DNA of 63,981 bases, filler included, from an uncultured Planctomycetales bacterium (GTDB taxonomy: Bacteria; Omnitrophota; Gorgyraeia; Gygaellales; Profunditerraquicolaceae): assembly GCA_964487475.1 (NCBI GenBank). It is 7 parts of 7 records of this genome, joined end to end, with 100 filler letters (N's around TTAATTAATTAA, not from the genome) between each part and the next. Parts side by side here need not be neighbours in the genome. Positions count along the whole stretch, not along the records: positions 8,155 to 33,094 come from CAZAPM010000009.1; positions 33,195 to 50,685 come from CAZAPM010000010.1; 5 more parts are not named here. One strand, written 5' to 3'. This document shows, piece after piece, positions 31,842 to 41,000 of this stretch. The translations under genes and the position numbers were made by a program. Within the stretch, counting starts at the first letter, position 1, and every line of letters begins with the position of its first letter. Under the pieces are notes generated by a model. It was not told where the DNA came from and searched no databases. It worked only from the letters and a program-made list of their open reading frames with translations.

Positions 31842-32243
31842 ATGAACAGAAAAGGTTTTACGCTCGTCGAGATCATGATCGTAGTCGCTATTATCGCATT
31901 GTTAGCAGCCATCGCCATCCCGAACTTACTTCAGGCCAGGAGAACGGCTAACGAAGCAGCGGCGAAATCGACGGTTCGCAGCCTTTCCACTTCTGCGGAA
32001 ACGTATGCGACCTCGAACTCCGGCGTGTATCCGGATACGGTTGCTCGTCTGACGACCTTTATTTCTTCGGCAGGCAACTATTGCGCGGATGCGGCCGGGA
32101 CGGCCAGCACGGTACAGGGGTATAATTATGCCTGTACCTTAGGAACCGGCGGGTACACATTTACCGCTACTCCCGCGAGCCTGGGCAGCACGGGTAGCGT
32201 CACCTATACCGCGACGACCGGCGGGGTGCTTACACCGTTATAG
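31842..32243 (+). CDS. Type IV pilin
   Basis: MNRKG/FTLVEIMIVVAIIALLAAIAIP class III signal; strong AGGAGG RBS. Confidence 0.95.
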   Translation: MNRKGFTLVEIMIVVAIIALLAAIAIPNLLQARRTANEAAAKSTVRSLSTSAETYATSNSGVYPDTVARLTTFISSAGNYCADAAGTASTVQGYNYACTLGTGGYTFTATPASLGSTGSVTYTATTGGVLTPL

Positions 32244-32280
32244 TCCTGTCGGATCATTCTTGAGAAAAGAGGCGGCCATT

Positions 32281-32380
32281 NNNNNNNNNNNNNNNNNNNN
32301 NNNNNNNNNNNNNNNNNNNNNNNNNNNNNNNNNNNNNNNNNNNNNNNNNNNNNNNNNNNNNNNNNNNNNNNNNNNNNNNN
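32281..32380. other. Scaffold gap (100 N, no linker)
   Basis: N run between two pilin-end copies. Confidence 0.95.
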
Positions 32381-32434
32381 ACGGGTAGCGTCACGTATAC
32401 CGCAACGACTGGTGGCGTGCTTACACCGTTATAG
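32381..32434 (+). CDS. 3' end of a second, paralogous type IV pilin
   Basis: Encodes TGSVTYTATTGGVLTPL*, identical in protein to 32190-32243 but with 5 synonymous changes. Confidence 0.8.
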   Translation, partial: TGSVTYTATTGGVLTPL

Positions 32435-32454
32435 TTCTTTTTGGATCAGACATG

Positions 32455-32490
32455 AAAAAGAGGCGGTCAATTTGGCCGCCTCTTTTTTTT
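32455..32490 (+). terminator. Intrinsic (potentially bidirectional) terminator
   Basis: AAAAAGAGGCGGTCA...TGGCCGCCTCTTTTTTTT. Confidence 0.88.
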
Positions 32491-32503
32491 AGGAGGAAAT
32501 AAG

Positions 32504-33094
32504 GTGAGAGTAGCGGGGATCGTACGCTGGGTATGCGCAATAGGGTGTATCTGCGGCCTGCTTTGGGCGGTATACGGCCAGGTGCTTTCCGCTCCCTTTA
32601 TCTGGGACGACGAAGCGCTGGTGCTCAAGAACCGGCTGATCAGGAGCACCGCCTCCGTGCCCGACGTTTTTACCAAGGAATTTTTCGATAAGACCGTAGA
32701 GGGGTCGAATTTTTACCGGCCCCTGCAGACCCTGACCCTGATGATGGATTATCACTCGTGGCGGCTTGACCCTTCGGGGTACCGTGCCACCAACATCATC
32801 CTGCATTGCGCCGCCTCCGTAATGGTCATGGTGCTTTTATTCCAGCTTTTCGCTTCGCTGCGCACGGCTTTCTTCGGGGCGCTCCTTTTCGCGCTCCATC
32901 CCATCCATACCGAATCGGTGACCTATATCTCCGGCCGGGCCGAACCCCTCATGGCCGCGCTCCTGCTCGCTGCCCTGTGCATGTTCATTGCGGCGCTGCG
33001 CGCTTCCGGCCGGAATAGTCTTATCCTGATCTTTGTTTCCGGGTTGTGTTTTTCCGCAGCGCTCTTAAGTAAGGAGCTCGCGGTGATCTTTCCT
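32504..33094 (+). CDS. TMTC-like protein O-glycosyltransferase (GT-C), 5' part
   Basis: FIWDD, FYRPL, NIILH, FALHPIHTESVTYISGRAE, ALLSKE motifs. Confidence 0.85.
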
Positions 33095-33194
33095 NNNNNN
33101 NNNNNNNNNNNNNNNNNNNNNNNNNNNNNNNNNNNNNNTTAATTAATTAANNNNNNNNNNNNNNNNNNNNNNNNNNNNNNNNNNNNNNNNNNNN
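33095..33194. other. Artificial contig linker
   Basis: N run containing TTAATTAATTAA. Confidence 0.98.
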
Positions 33195-33196
33195 TC

Positions 33197-33406
33197 GATC
33201 AGTACGATCCCTGGCACCGCCGGCGGCTTTCCATGCGGCCGGGTATCACCTGCATCTGGCAGGTCAGGGGAAGGAACAAGATCACGGATTTCGACGAATG
33301 GATGCGCCTGGACCTGGAGTATATCGATACCTGGTCCTTGTGGCTGGACATAGAGATACTGATGAAGACCATACCGGTGGTAGTCTTCGGCGTGGGAGCA
33401 AAATAG
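33197..33406 (+). CDS. Priming polyprenyl-phosphate sugar transferase (WcaJ-like), 3' end
   Basis: Manual translation RRRLSMRPGITCIWQVRGRN...DLEYIDTWSLWLDIEILMKT...GAK*. Confidence 0.9.
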   Translation, partial: DQYDPWHRRRLSMRPGITCIWQVRGRNKITDFDEWMRLDLEYIDTWSLWLDIEILMKTIPVVVFGVGAK

Positions 33407-33414
33407 GAGGTTGT

Positions 33415-34086
33415 ATGAACGTGCGTACGGTCATTGTCATTCTGGCGATTGTCGTGATGGCGCAGGGAGCGGCTGCCTGGGCGCAGGATAAGCCTGCGGT
33501 AGAGCCGGTTTCGGCAGAGACTGCCGTCGTGGAAAAGCCCGTTGCCGCGGCGGAGCCGGTTGCGGCGGTCCAGGAAGCGGTCAGGAACGAGTATACCGTG
33601 GGAGTGGAGGACGTGCTGGATATAAGCGTCCTGCAGCCGGAGAAGCTTCTGGTGACGGTGACCGTGACCCCGGACGGATCGATCAGCTTCCCGTACATCG
33701 GCAATGTCGCGGTCAAGGGGCAGACTTTGACCAAGATACAGGATGCGATCCAGAGCCGTCTTGCCGACGGGTATATGAAATATCCGGTGGTCAACGTGAC
33801 GCTTCGCGAGACCCGCAGCAAGAAGTATTTCGTCTACGGTGAGGTGGTCAGGCCGGGAACCTATTTGCTGGATGAGGGGGCGACCGTGCTTAAGGCGATC
33901 ACCATGGCCGGGGGTTTTAACAAATACGGTTCCGCCAGCCGGGTGAAAGTGATGCGCGAGAAGAAGGGCGCGCCCGGATACGAAACGTTCAAAGTGAACA
34001 TGAAATCAGTGATGGACGGCGCCTCGAATGAGGATCTCGTCCTGCAGCCGGGAGACATCGTGGTCGTCTCCGAAGGCGTTTTCTAA
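33415..34086 (+). CDS. Polysaccharide export protein (Wza/Poly_export + SLBB)
   Basis: Signal peptide; EYTVGVEDVLDI, V.PDG.ISFP, GEV.RPG, LQPGD. Confidence 0.92.
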   Translation: MNVRTVIVILAIVVMAQGAAAWAQDKPAVEPVSAETAVVEKPVAAAEPVAAVQEAVRNEYTVGVEDVLDISVLQPEKLLVTVTVTPDGSISFPYIGNVAVKGQTLTKIQDAIQSRLADGYMKYPVVNVTLRETRSKKYFVYGEVVRPGTYLLDEGATVLKAITMAGGFNKYGSASRVKVMREKKGAPGYETFKVNMKSVMDGASNEDLVLQPGDIVVVSEGVF

Positions 34087-34099
34087 AAGGAGGATCCCC

Positions 34100-35650
34100 A
34101 TGGAAAATCAGTACCCGGAGTTGACGCTGCGCGATTACATGCGCGTGCTCTTCAGGCAGAAGGCGGTGGTGTTGACTGCCTTCTTTACGGTCATGATCAC
34201 GGTCATCGTGGGCGTGCAGTTCAAGACGCCGGTCTACGAGGCCCAGGTCAAGATGCTCATCTCCGCCGAGAAGCTGGTGGAATCACCCTTTTACCAGGCG
34301 CTGGGCGGCAACGTGCGCGCGGAGGCGGCATTGACGCAAAGCGAGATCGTCAATTCGACGCCGGTGATCGACCGGACGGTGGCGGTGGCGTTCAACCCCC
34401 GCTATATGGACCTGCTGCGGTATGAGCTGCATTTTGCCTCGGAACTCAAGAAGCCTTTCATCAAGCTTTCGGCCAAAATGATGACGCAGCAGCTGGCTGC
34501 GGCGAGCGACGAGCAGCGCATGCAGGCGTTCCGCCGTTTTGCCATCGAGGACCTGCGCCGCAATATCAAGGTCGAGCCGGTGCGCGACACCAATCTTTTT
34601 ACCATCACGGTGCGGGATTACAGCCCGCTGATCGCGGCGGCCCTGGCGAACACCATCAGCCGTTCCTACCTGATCTTCGACCTGGAACAGCAGGTGGCGG
34701 ATCTGCAGATGAAGTACGGGGAGAAGCACCTTTCCGTCATGCAGCTGCGGGATACCATCGAGAAGATGACCAAGGAGCTTAACGGCCGGCAGCTGCCGGT
34801 GATCGACGCGATCGGTCCGGCGAGCGTCAAGATCATCGAGCAGGCGGATGTGCCGCTTCGGCCGGTGGGCCCTTCCAAGCCCCTGATCGTGGTGCTGGCG
34901 TTCTTCATGAGCATTTTCTTAGGGGTGATGCTGGCGTTCACCTTCGAATATATGGACCAGACGTTCAAGTCCCCTCAGGATATCGAGCAGTACCTGGGGG
35001 TGCCGTATCTGGGAGCGATCCCTAAGAAACCCACGCCGAAAGCGTACCATGTGGTGGCGGACCAGCTTTACCTGCTGATGTCTGATAAGAAGTTCAAGGC
35101 GCTGCTGGTTTCTACCGCGCTGCGCGAGGCGGATGTGGCCACTATCGTGGTCAACGTGGGGGCGTACCTGGCCAAGACCGCCGGGCATAAAGTGCTGCTG
35201 ATGGATACTAATTTCCGGCAGCCTTCCCTGCACGGGAAGTTCGACCTGGTGGGTGCGCACGGCCTTTCGGATGTGCTGGAGGGAAAGGCTACGTTCGATA
35301 AGATGGTCAAGGATATGGGCTCGCAGCTTTTCGTGTTGCCGGCGGGAAAGACCAGCCTTAATCCCATCACCTTGCTCGGTTCCCATGCCATGCAGGAACT
35401 CCTGCGTCAGGTGAAGAACGACTTTGACCTGGTGATCCTGGTGTCGACCGAGTTCATCGATGTGAAGGATGCGGTGCTGCTGGCGGCGCAGGTGGATGCG
35501 GTGGCGCTGGTGGTCAATGAGGGGCGGACCCGCCGTCAGGCAGTGCATGCGGCGGTGGCGCCTTTGAAGGAGAAGAAGGTCAACGTGATCGGCGCGATCC
35601 TGAACGAGCGCACCTACGCGATCCCGAAGCTCATCTACGACCGCGTCTAA
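34100..35650 (+). CDS. Wzc-like polysaccharide co-polymerase with degenerate kinase domain
   Basis: LRDYMRVL..QK, two TM helices, LGVPYLGAIP; Walker A region reads STALREADVAT. Confidence 0.85.
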   Translation: MENQYPELTLRDYMRVLFRQKAVVLTAFFTVMITVIVGVQFKTPVYEAQVKMLISAEKLVESPFYQALGGNVRAEAALTQSEIVNSTPVIDRTVAVAFNPRYMDLLRYELHFASELKKPFIKLSAKMMTQQLAAASDEQRMQAFRRFAIEDLRRNIKVEPVRDTNLFTITVRDYSPLIAAALANTISRSYLIFDLEQQVADLQMKYGEKHLSVMQLRDTIEKMTKELNGRQLPVIDAIGPASVKIIEQADVPLRPVGPSKPLIVVLAFFMSIFLGVMLAFTFEYMDQTFKSPQDIEQYLGVPYLGAIPKKPTPKAYHVVADQLYLLMSDKKFKALLVSTALREADVATIVVNVGAYLAKTAGHKVLLMDTNFRQPSLHGKFDLVGAHGLSDVLEGKATFDKMVKDMGSQLFVLPAGKTSLNPITLLGSHAMQELLRQVKNDFDLVILVSTEFIDVKDAVLLAAQVDAVALVVNEGRTRRQAVHAAVAPLKEKKVNVIGAILNERTYAIPKLIYDRV

Positions 35651-35652
35651 CC

Positions 35653-35832
35653 CTTAGGGACGCCCCTAAAGGGGACGCCCTTGAGGGGGACACCCCTGTA
35701 GCTGATTTGAGGCAATAGGCTCGGATTATATTTGGTTTATAGTTAATTGTGAGAAGATCAATACTTATATTATGGTAATTTCAACTAAGGGGTGTCCCCT
35801 GCAGGGGCGTCCCCTTTGGAGGCGTCCCTAAG
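35653..35832. repeat. Element of ~180 bp with ~52-bp terminal inverted repeats built from 15-bp-period GGGG-N3-CCCC units (REP/MITE-like)
   Basis: Left CTTAGGGACGCCCCTAAAGGGGACGCCCTTGAGGGGGACACCCCTGTAGCTGA matches reverse-complemented right CTTAGGGACGCCTCCAAAGGGGACGCCCCTGCAGGGGACACCCCTTAGTTGA; AT-rich core. Confidence 0.85.
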
Positions 35833-35833
35833 A

Positions 35834-37228
35834 ATGAAAGTTGCATTAATTCTGGCAGGCGGGAAGGGGACCAGGCTTTGGCCGCTTTCCCGGGAGAATC
35901 ATCCCAAGCAGTTCGTGGAATTCAAAGACGGCATGTCCCTCTTCCAGCTTTCCCTGAAGCGGGCGCTGGCGTGTTTTGATCACCGTTCGATCTTCGTCAT
36001 CACCTCCGAGCATTACCGATTCACGCTCATCAATCAGATCGAGTTCATGCCCGGACTGACCGCTGCCCAAAGGACTTCCCTCAAAGAGCAGTTGATCTAC
36101 GAGCCCATGGCCCGAAGTACGCTTCCCTCGATCCTGCTGGCGATGAAATTCATCGAGGAGAAACGCGCGCTGGGGCCGGATGACCTGCTTTACGTGTATC
36201 CTTCCGACCATATGATCTCCCCGCTGTCGGCATTCATGCGCTGCATGTCCGCGGCCGCGACGCTGGCAGCCAAGGAAAAGATCGTGGTCTTCGGGGTCAA
36301 GCCCACTTCTCCCAAGGACGGATATGGCTATGTATTGGCGAAGAAGCGCCTCGCGCCCGGGTTCCTGGTGGACCGTTTCGTGGAAAAGCCGGATGCCGCA
36401 AAAGCCAAGGCGCTCATTCGCAGCGGGGCCTACTGGAACGCCGGCATATTCTGTTTCAGCCGGAAGGTATTCTACGAGGACCTGGCGGAGTTCCGCCCGA
36501 AGATCGCCGCATTCGCCGCCATGAAATATGCGCAAATGGCCAAGGCGTTTTCGCGTATCCCGGTCGATTCCATCGACTACGGCATCCTGCAGAACAGCCG
36601 CCGGGTGGCATTGGTCGAGTTCAATCTGGAGTGGTCGGACTTAGGCAGCTGGGACAGTTTCCTGGATTTCCACTGCAAGTCGGAGGGGTGCAACTTCAAC
36701 ATCGGCAACGCCGAGTTCATGGACGCGAATAATTGTTTCGTCTATTCCCGCAACCGGCTGGTCTCGGTGCTGGGGGTGGATAACCTTATCGCCATCGATG
36801 CTCCCGATGCGCTGCTGCTGGTAAAGAAAGGCTCGTCCAATAAGGTCAAGGATATGGTAGCGCACATCGCGCATAAGGGATGGGGCCACACCAAGGACGG
36901 CACCACCGTATACCGTCCGTGGGGATATTACACCATCCTGCACGAAGGCCCGGGGTATAAGGTCAAGGAGATCGGTATCTACCCTAAGAAGTCGGTGGCG
37001 CTGCAAAAGCACAGACACCGCAGCGAGCACTGGAACGTGGTGGAGGGTTCCGTGCAGGTGACGGTCGACGGGAAGAACTCGCGCGCCGCCAAGAACGAAA
37101 GCATTTACGTTGCCCGCGGCAAGAAGCATCGCATCCATAATCCGACGCAAAAGACCGCGAAGATCATCGAAGTCCAGATCGGCAATTACCTCGGCGAAGA
37201 CGACATCATCCGCTACGACTCGTATTAG
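35834..37228 (+). CDS. manC: Mannose-1-phosphate guanylyltransferase / mannose-6-phosphate isomerase
   Basis: LAGGKGTRLWPLSR, FVEKP, WNAG, WSDLGSW, YRPWG, cupin HRSEHW. Confidence 0.95.
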   Translation: MKVALILAGGKGTRLWPLSRENHPKQFVEFKDGMSLFQLSLKRALACFDHRSIFVITSEHYRFTLINQIEFMPGLTAAQRTSLKEQLIYEPMARSTLPSILLAMKFIEEKRALGPDDLLYVYPSDHMISPLSAFMRCMSAAATLAAKEKIVVFGVKPTSPKDGYGYVLAKKRLAPGFLVDRFVEKPDAAKAKALIRSGAYWNAGIFCFSRKVFYEDLAEFRPKIAAFAAMKYAQMAKAFSRIPVDSIDYGILQNSRRVALVEFNLEWSDLGSWDSFLDFHCKSEGCNFNIGNAEFMDANNCFVYSRNRLVSVLGVDNLIAIDAPDALLLVKKGSSNKVKDMVAHIAHKGWGHTKDGTTVYRPWGYYTILHEGPGYKVKEIGIYPKKSVALQKHRHRSEHWNVVEGSVQVTVDGKNSRAAKNESIYVARGKKHRIHNPTQKTAKIIEVQIGNYLGEDDIIRYDSY

Positions 37229-37239
37229 GCCGGAGGCGT

Positions 37240-38019
37240 TTGACTCTAACCTCACGTGACAGGGAGGGTTATTTGAGGGGTTTTCGCAGGAACGCAGTCA
37301 GGTGTGCAGTAGCGCTCGTGGGGGCGGCAACCGTATCTTTGGTGATGCCCCAGGCATCCGCCCAGGCTCAGTCATCCTCGGTCAAAATTCCTGATCCGGG
37401 GATCCCTTCGCAGCGAAAATATCTTCGTATCAATCAGCCCTATTCCTTCATTTCCCCGCAAGCGTTCGTCCTCGCCGGCACCAAGGCTCCCGGCAGCGCT
37501 ATCATCATCGGCAGCGCCGTCGCGATCCCGGCCAATCCGTACACTACTTGGTACTATGAGTACACTCCCGCATCGAGCGATGAGAAGATCCGGGTGATCA
37601 TGCTGCCGCCAAAAAACCTCTGGAAATATTTCAAGCCGGAGGTAACGTTGATGGATGCTTCCGGCACCGTCAGGAAGATGAACAGCCAGGCGCCGTATAT
37701 CAGCGCGATCCGCGTGGATCCTGCCACGCGCGATATCATCCTCACCTTCCGGGATCCCCCGGGAGTGCTTTCCTACAATATTTATTACGCCAACTCATTG
37801 ACCAGCGCTCCGGGAGTAAGCCCGTTCATCCTGGCTCAGCGGGATGTGCCGGTTTCCGGAAGCGGATCGACGGTGTGGAGGGATAACGGCACGTATACCC
37901 GCGCGCATCCGTCCCAGGTCGCGATGCGTTTCTACAAGCTCGAAGTGTGCCGCGCGGATCCCGGCGCCATGACCATCACGATCGACTCTCTGCAGGACGG
38001 GGAGGTGATCAGTGAATAA
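37240..38019 (+). CDS. Exported beta-rich hypothetical protein coupled to the Rhs gene (start uncertain)
   Basis: Hydrophobic signal segment ending ASAQA; overlaps the rhs start by 8 nt. Confidence 0.65.
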   Translation: MTLTSRDREGYLRGFRRNAVRCAVALVGAATVSLVMPQASAQAQSSSVKIPDPGIPSQRKYLRINQPYSFISPQAFVLAGTKAPGSAIIIGSAVAIPANPYTTWYYEYTPASSDEKIRVIMLPPKNLWKYFKPEVTLMDASGTVRKMNSQAPYISAIRVDPATRDIILTFRDPPGVLSYNIYYANSLTSAPGVSPFILAQRDVPVSGSGSTVWRDNGTYTRAHPSQVAMRFYKLEVCRADPGAMTITIDSLQDGEVISE

Positions 38020-41000
38020 ACGGATGATGCGTACCGGAGCATTCCTGGTGATGGTCTGCTCGGTTTTTGCGGTCTCTCCGCCGGCGCTTTTTGCCGCAGC
38101 GGACGCCTCCGGGAAATGGTCGATGGATATCGATCATCAGCCGTCGGTGATCACCATCGAGACGGTCGCAGACGGAAGTACGACCAGGGTCACGCAAACC
38201 GGTAAGGTGGGGATCCCCGACCCGCGCAGTTTTCTCGTCCAGCAGTCATCCGACGGCACGATACGCGGTTCGGGAGGGAGCACTTTTTCGGGTCAAGGGA
38301 TCACGCAGGAGATCAGCTACTCCCTCGAGGGGAAAGTGACCGAGGATAACAATCCCAATGACTCCGTTGCGGGAAGAGTGTCGTATACGATCACCGGATA
38401 CCGGATCGACCGCATCCCGCCGCACGTGCCTTACATGAGGGCGGATTTTTCGGAAACCTGCGATTCCGCGGTCCTGGGGACGGACGGGAAGATCACCGGG
38501 ACGGTCAGGGGGACGTTCCATGAATATTCGGATACCTTCACTCCGGCGGGCAGGGCGGCGAAAGTAACATCCGACGCGGTGTATACCGGTCCGGTCGCGG
38601 TCACCGTTAAGAAAAAACCTGCGCGCGCGTCTGAATCCAGTTTGGGGAAACCTGCGCCGCACCAGCCTGCCCAGGGAGATCCGGTCAATACTGCCAACGG
38701 GAACATGTATGTGATCGCGACAGATCTCGCTATCCCCGGGAAGGGCCCTGCCCTGGCGTTCATCCGGACCTATAACAGCCAGTCTTCCCGCAGTAGTGCG
38801 CTCGGATACGGTTGGGTTCATACGTATTCCGCAGGGATCGAATACAATTCGACGATCAAGCGCGCCAATGTGTGGGATGCGCAAGGCCGCAGGTTGCGCT
38901 TCGACGATAATCTCGACGGGACATTCAATGCGCAGTACGGCGAGTTTTCGACTTTGACGAAAAACGCGCAGGGCTATGTGTGGACACAGAAGGACGGAAG
39001 CACACATCATTTCGATCCTCAGGGACTGCTCCTGGCGATCAAAGACCGTTACGGGAACGCGCTTACCCTTGCGTATGATGCGCAGAAGCGCCTGTCGCAG
39101 GTGACTGATACGGGAGGAAGGAAGCTGGTTTTCGCGTATGATGCCGCAGGGAATCTGGCGCGCCTGAGTGATCCTGCGGGAAACGCGTATGTGTTCGAGC
39201 ATGATGCAAAGGGCGATCTTACGGCTGTGTCAAATCCCGCCGGGGAGCGTGTGCGCTACGAGTATGATGCCGCGCATAATATGCTGCGCAAGTTTAACCC
39301 TTTGGGCGCAACGGTCACTTTTGCGTATGATGCGAAGGACCGCTGTGTTTCATCAAGCGGGGAAGGCGGATATGCGTGTGTGCGATTCACGTATGATGAT
39401 GCCGCTTTGACGGTGACTGCCACGGATTCCCGGAGTGCCGCCACCAAATATTTTTACGACACCGCAGGTGCGGTCCAGAAAACAGTCCATCCGCTCGGCG
39501 GGATGGAAGAGTTCACCTGGGATCCCGATTTTAATCTTGTTTCCCGCATTGACCAGCGAGGCGGGAAGTGGGGTTTTACGTATGACGGAAAAGGCAATCT
39601 GTTGCGCGCCTGTGATCCGTCGGGCAACGCCGCAGTGATGAGGTATGAGCCGGGTTTTAATCAGGTTTCCTCGCTCGAGAATGCACTGGGAAATAAGTTG
39701 GTGAATACGTATGATGCGCAGGGGAATCTGATCGAGACGGTCGATCCGCTGGGCGCAAAGACGGGATTCGCGTACGATGCGCGGGGCCAATTGCTCTCCG
39801 TCGTCGATGCGCGCGGTGCAAAGACGGAATTCGGGTATGACGCATATGGCAATTTGGTTTCAGTCAAGGATGCGAATGGAGGGGTGCGGTCATTTTCCTA
39901 TGATGTTTTGGGCCGGTTGCTTGAGTCGAGGGATCCGCTTGATGCGGTGACCAGGAATGCGTATGTTTCCGGCTTGGCCAGGGTGTCATCGATCACTTTA
40001 CCGGATTCTAATTCGATGCGTTTCGAGTATGATGCTGCCGGAAGGCGCACAGGGGTAACCGCGCCGGATGGTGCGAAGACCCTATTCAAGTATGATGTGC
40101 ACGGTAACGTGCTTTCCGTGACAGATCCCGCAGGGGGGAAGGTATCGTCCGCGTATGATTCCGAGGGTAATGTCGTGTCCGTATGCGACGAGAACGGCAA
40201 ATACACCCGGTTTGAATATGACCTTGAAGGCAGGAAGACGGCCGAGACCGATCCTTTGGGACGCAGGAAGCAGTTCCGTTATGACAGCGCCGGCAACCTG
40301 ATCGAAATGACGGACAAAAAAGGCCGGAAGATAACGTATGAGTATGATGCATGCGGCAGGATGACCAGGATCGTGTACCCGTCGGCGACGGTGGCGTTCA
40401 CGTATGACGCGGCGGGCCGGCGGAGTTCGATGACCGACATCAACGGCAAGACCATATATTCATATGATGCGGCGGGACGATTGACCGGGGTGGACGGGCC
40501 TTTGGCGGATGATGTGATAGAATATAAGTATGATGCCGCGGGTGCGCGGGCTCAGTTGCTGCTTCCCGGGGGAAAGACGGTAGCGTATGGGTATGATCCG
40601 GTCGGCCGCCTGGCTGCGATCACCGATTGGCAGCAGAAAAAGTCGGTCGAATTCGCGTATGACGCAGCGGGACGGGTGGAAAATGCCGTCTATGCGAATG
40701 GAATGAAGGCGGAGTATGAATATGACGAGATGGGCCGGATCATCGGGCTGGAAGTGTATAAGGCCGCTCTTCCCGCACAGAAGGCCGCGGAGTTCGCGTA
40801 CCAGTATGATAAGGCGGGACGGCGTATCAGGGCAGAGTCTCCCGGGGTCGTAACGAACTATCAATACGATGCGAAGGGGCAGTTGCTTCGGGAGACGCGC
40901 GTTGGTGCCGGCGCGTTCCAGGCCGCGTATACGTATGATCCGGCGAAAAACAGGCTGACGTATACGGACGGTAGTGTGAGCCGCAGGTATGTGTATAATG

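Noticed and set aside
35653..35832. CRISPR array
   Set aside because: Units are 15-bp-period with no unique spacers, arms are inverted, and no cas genes are present
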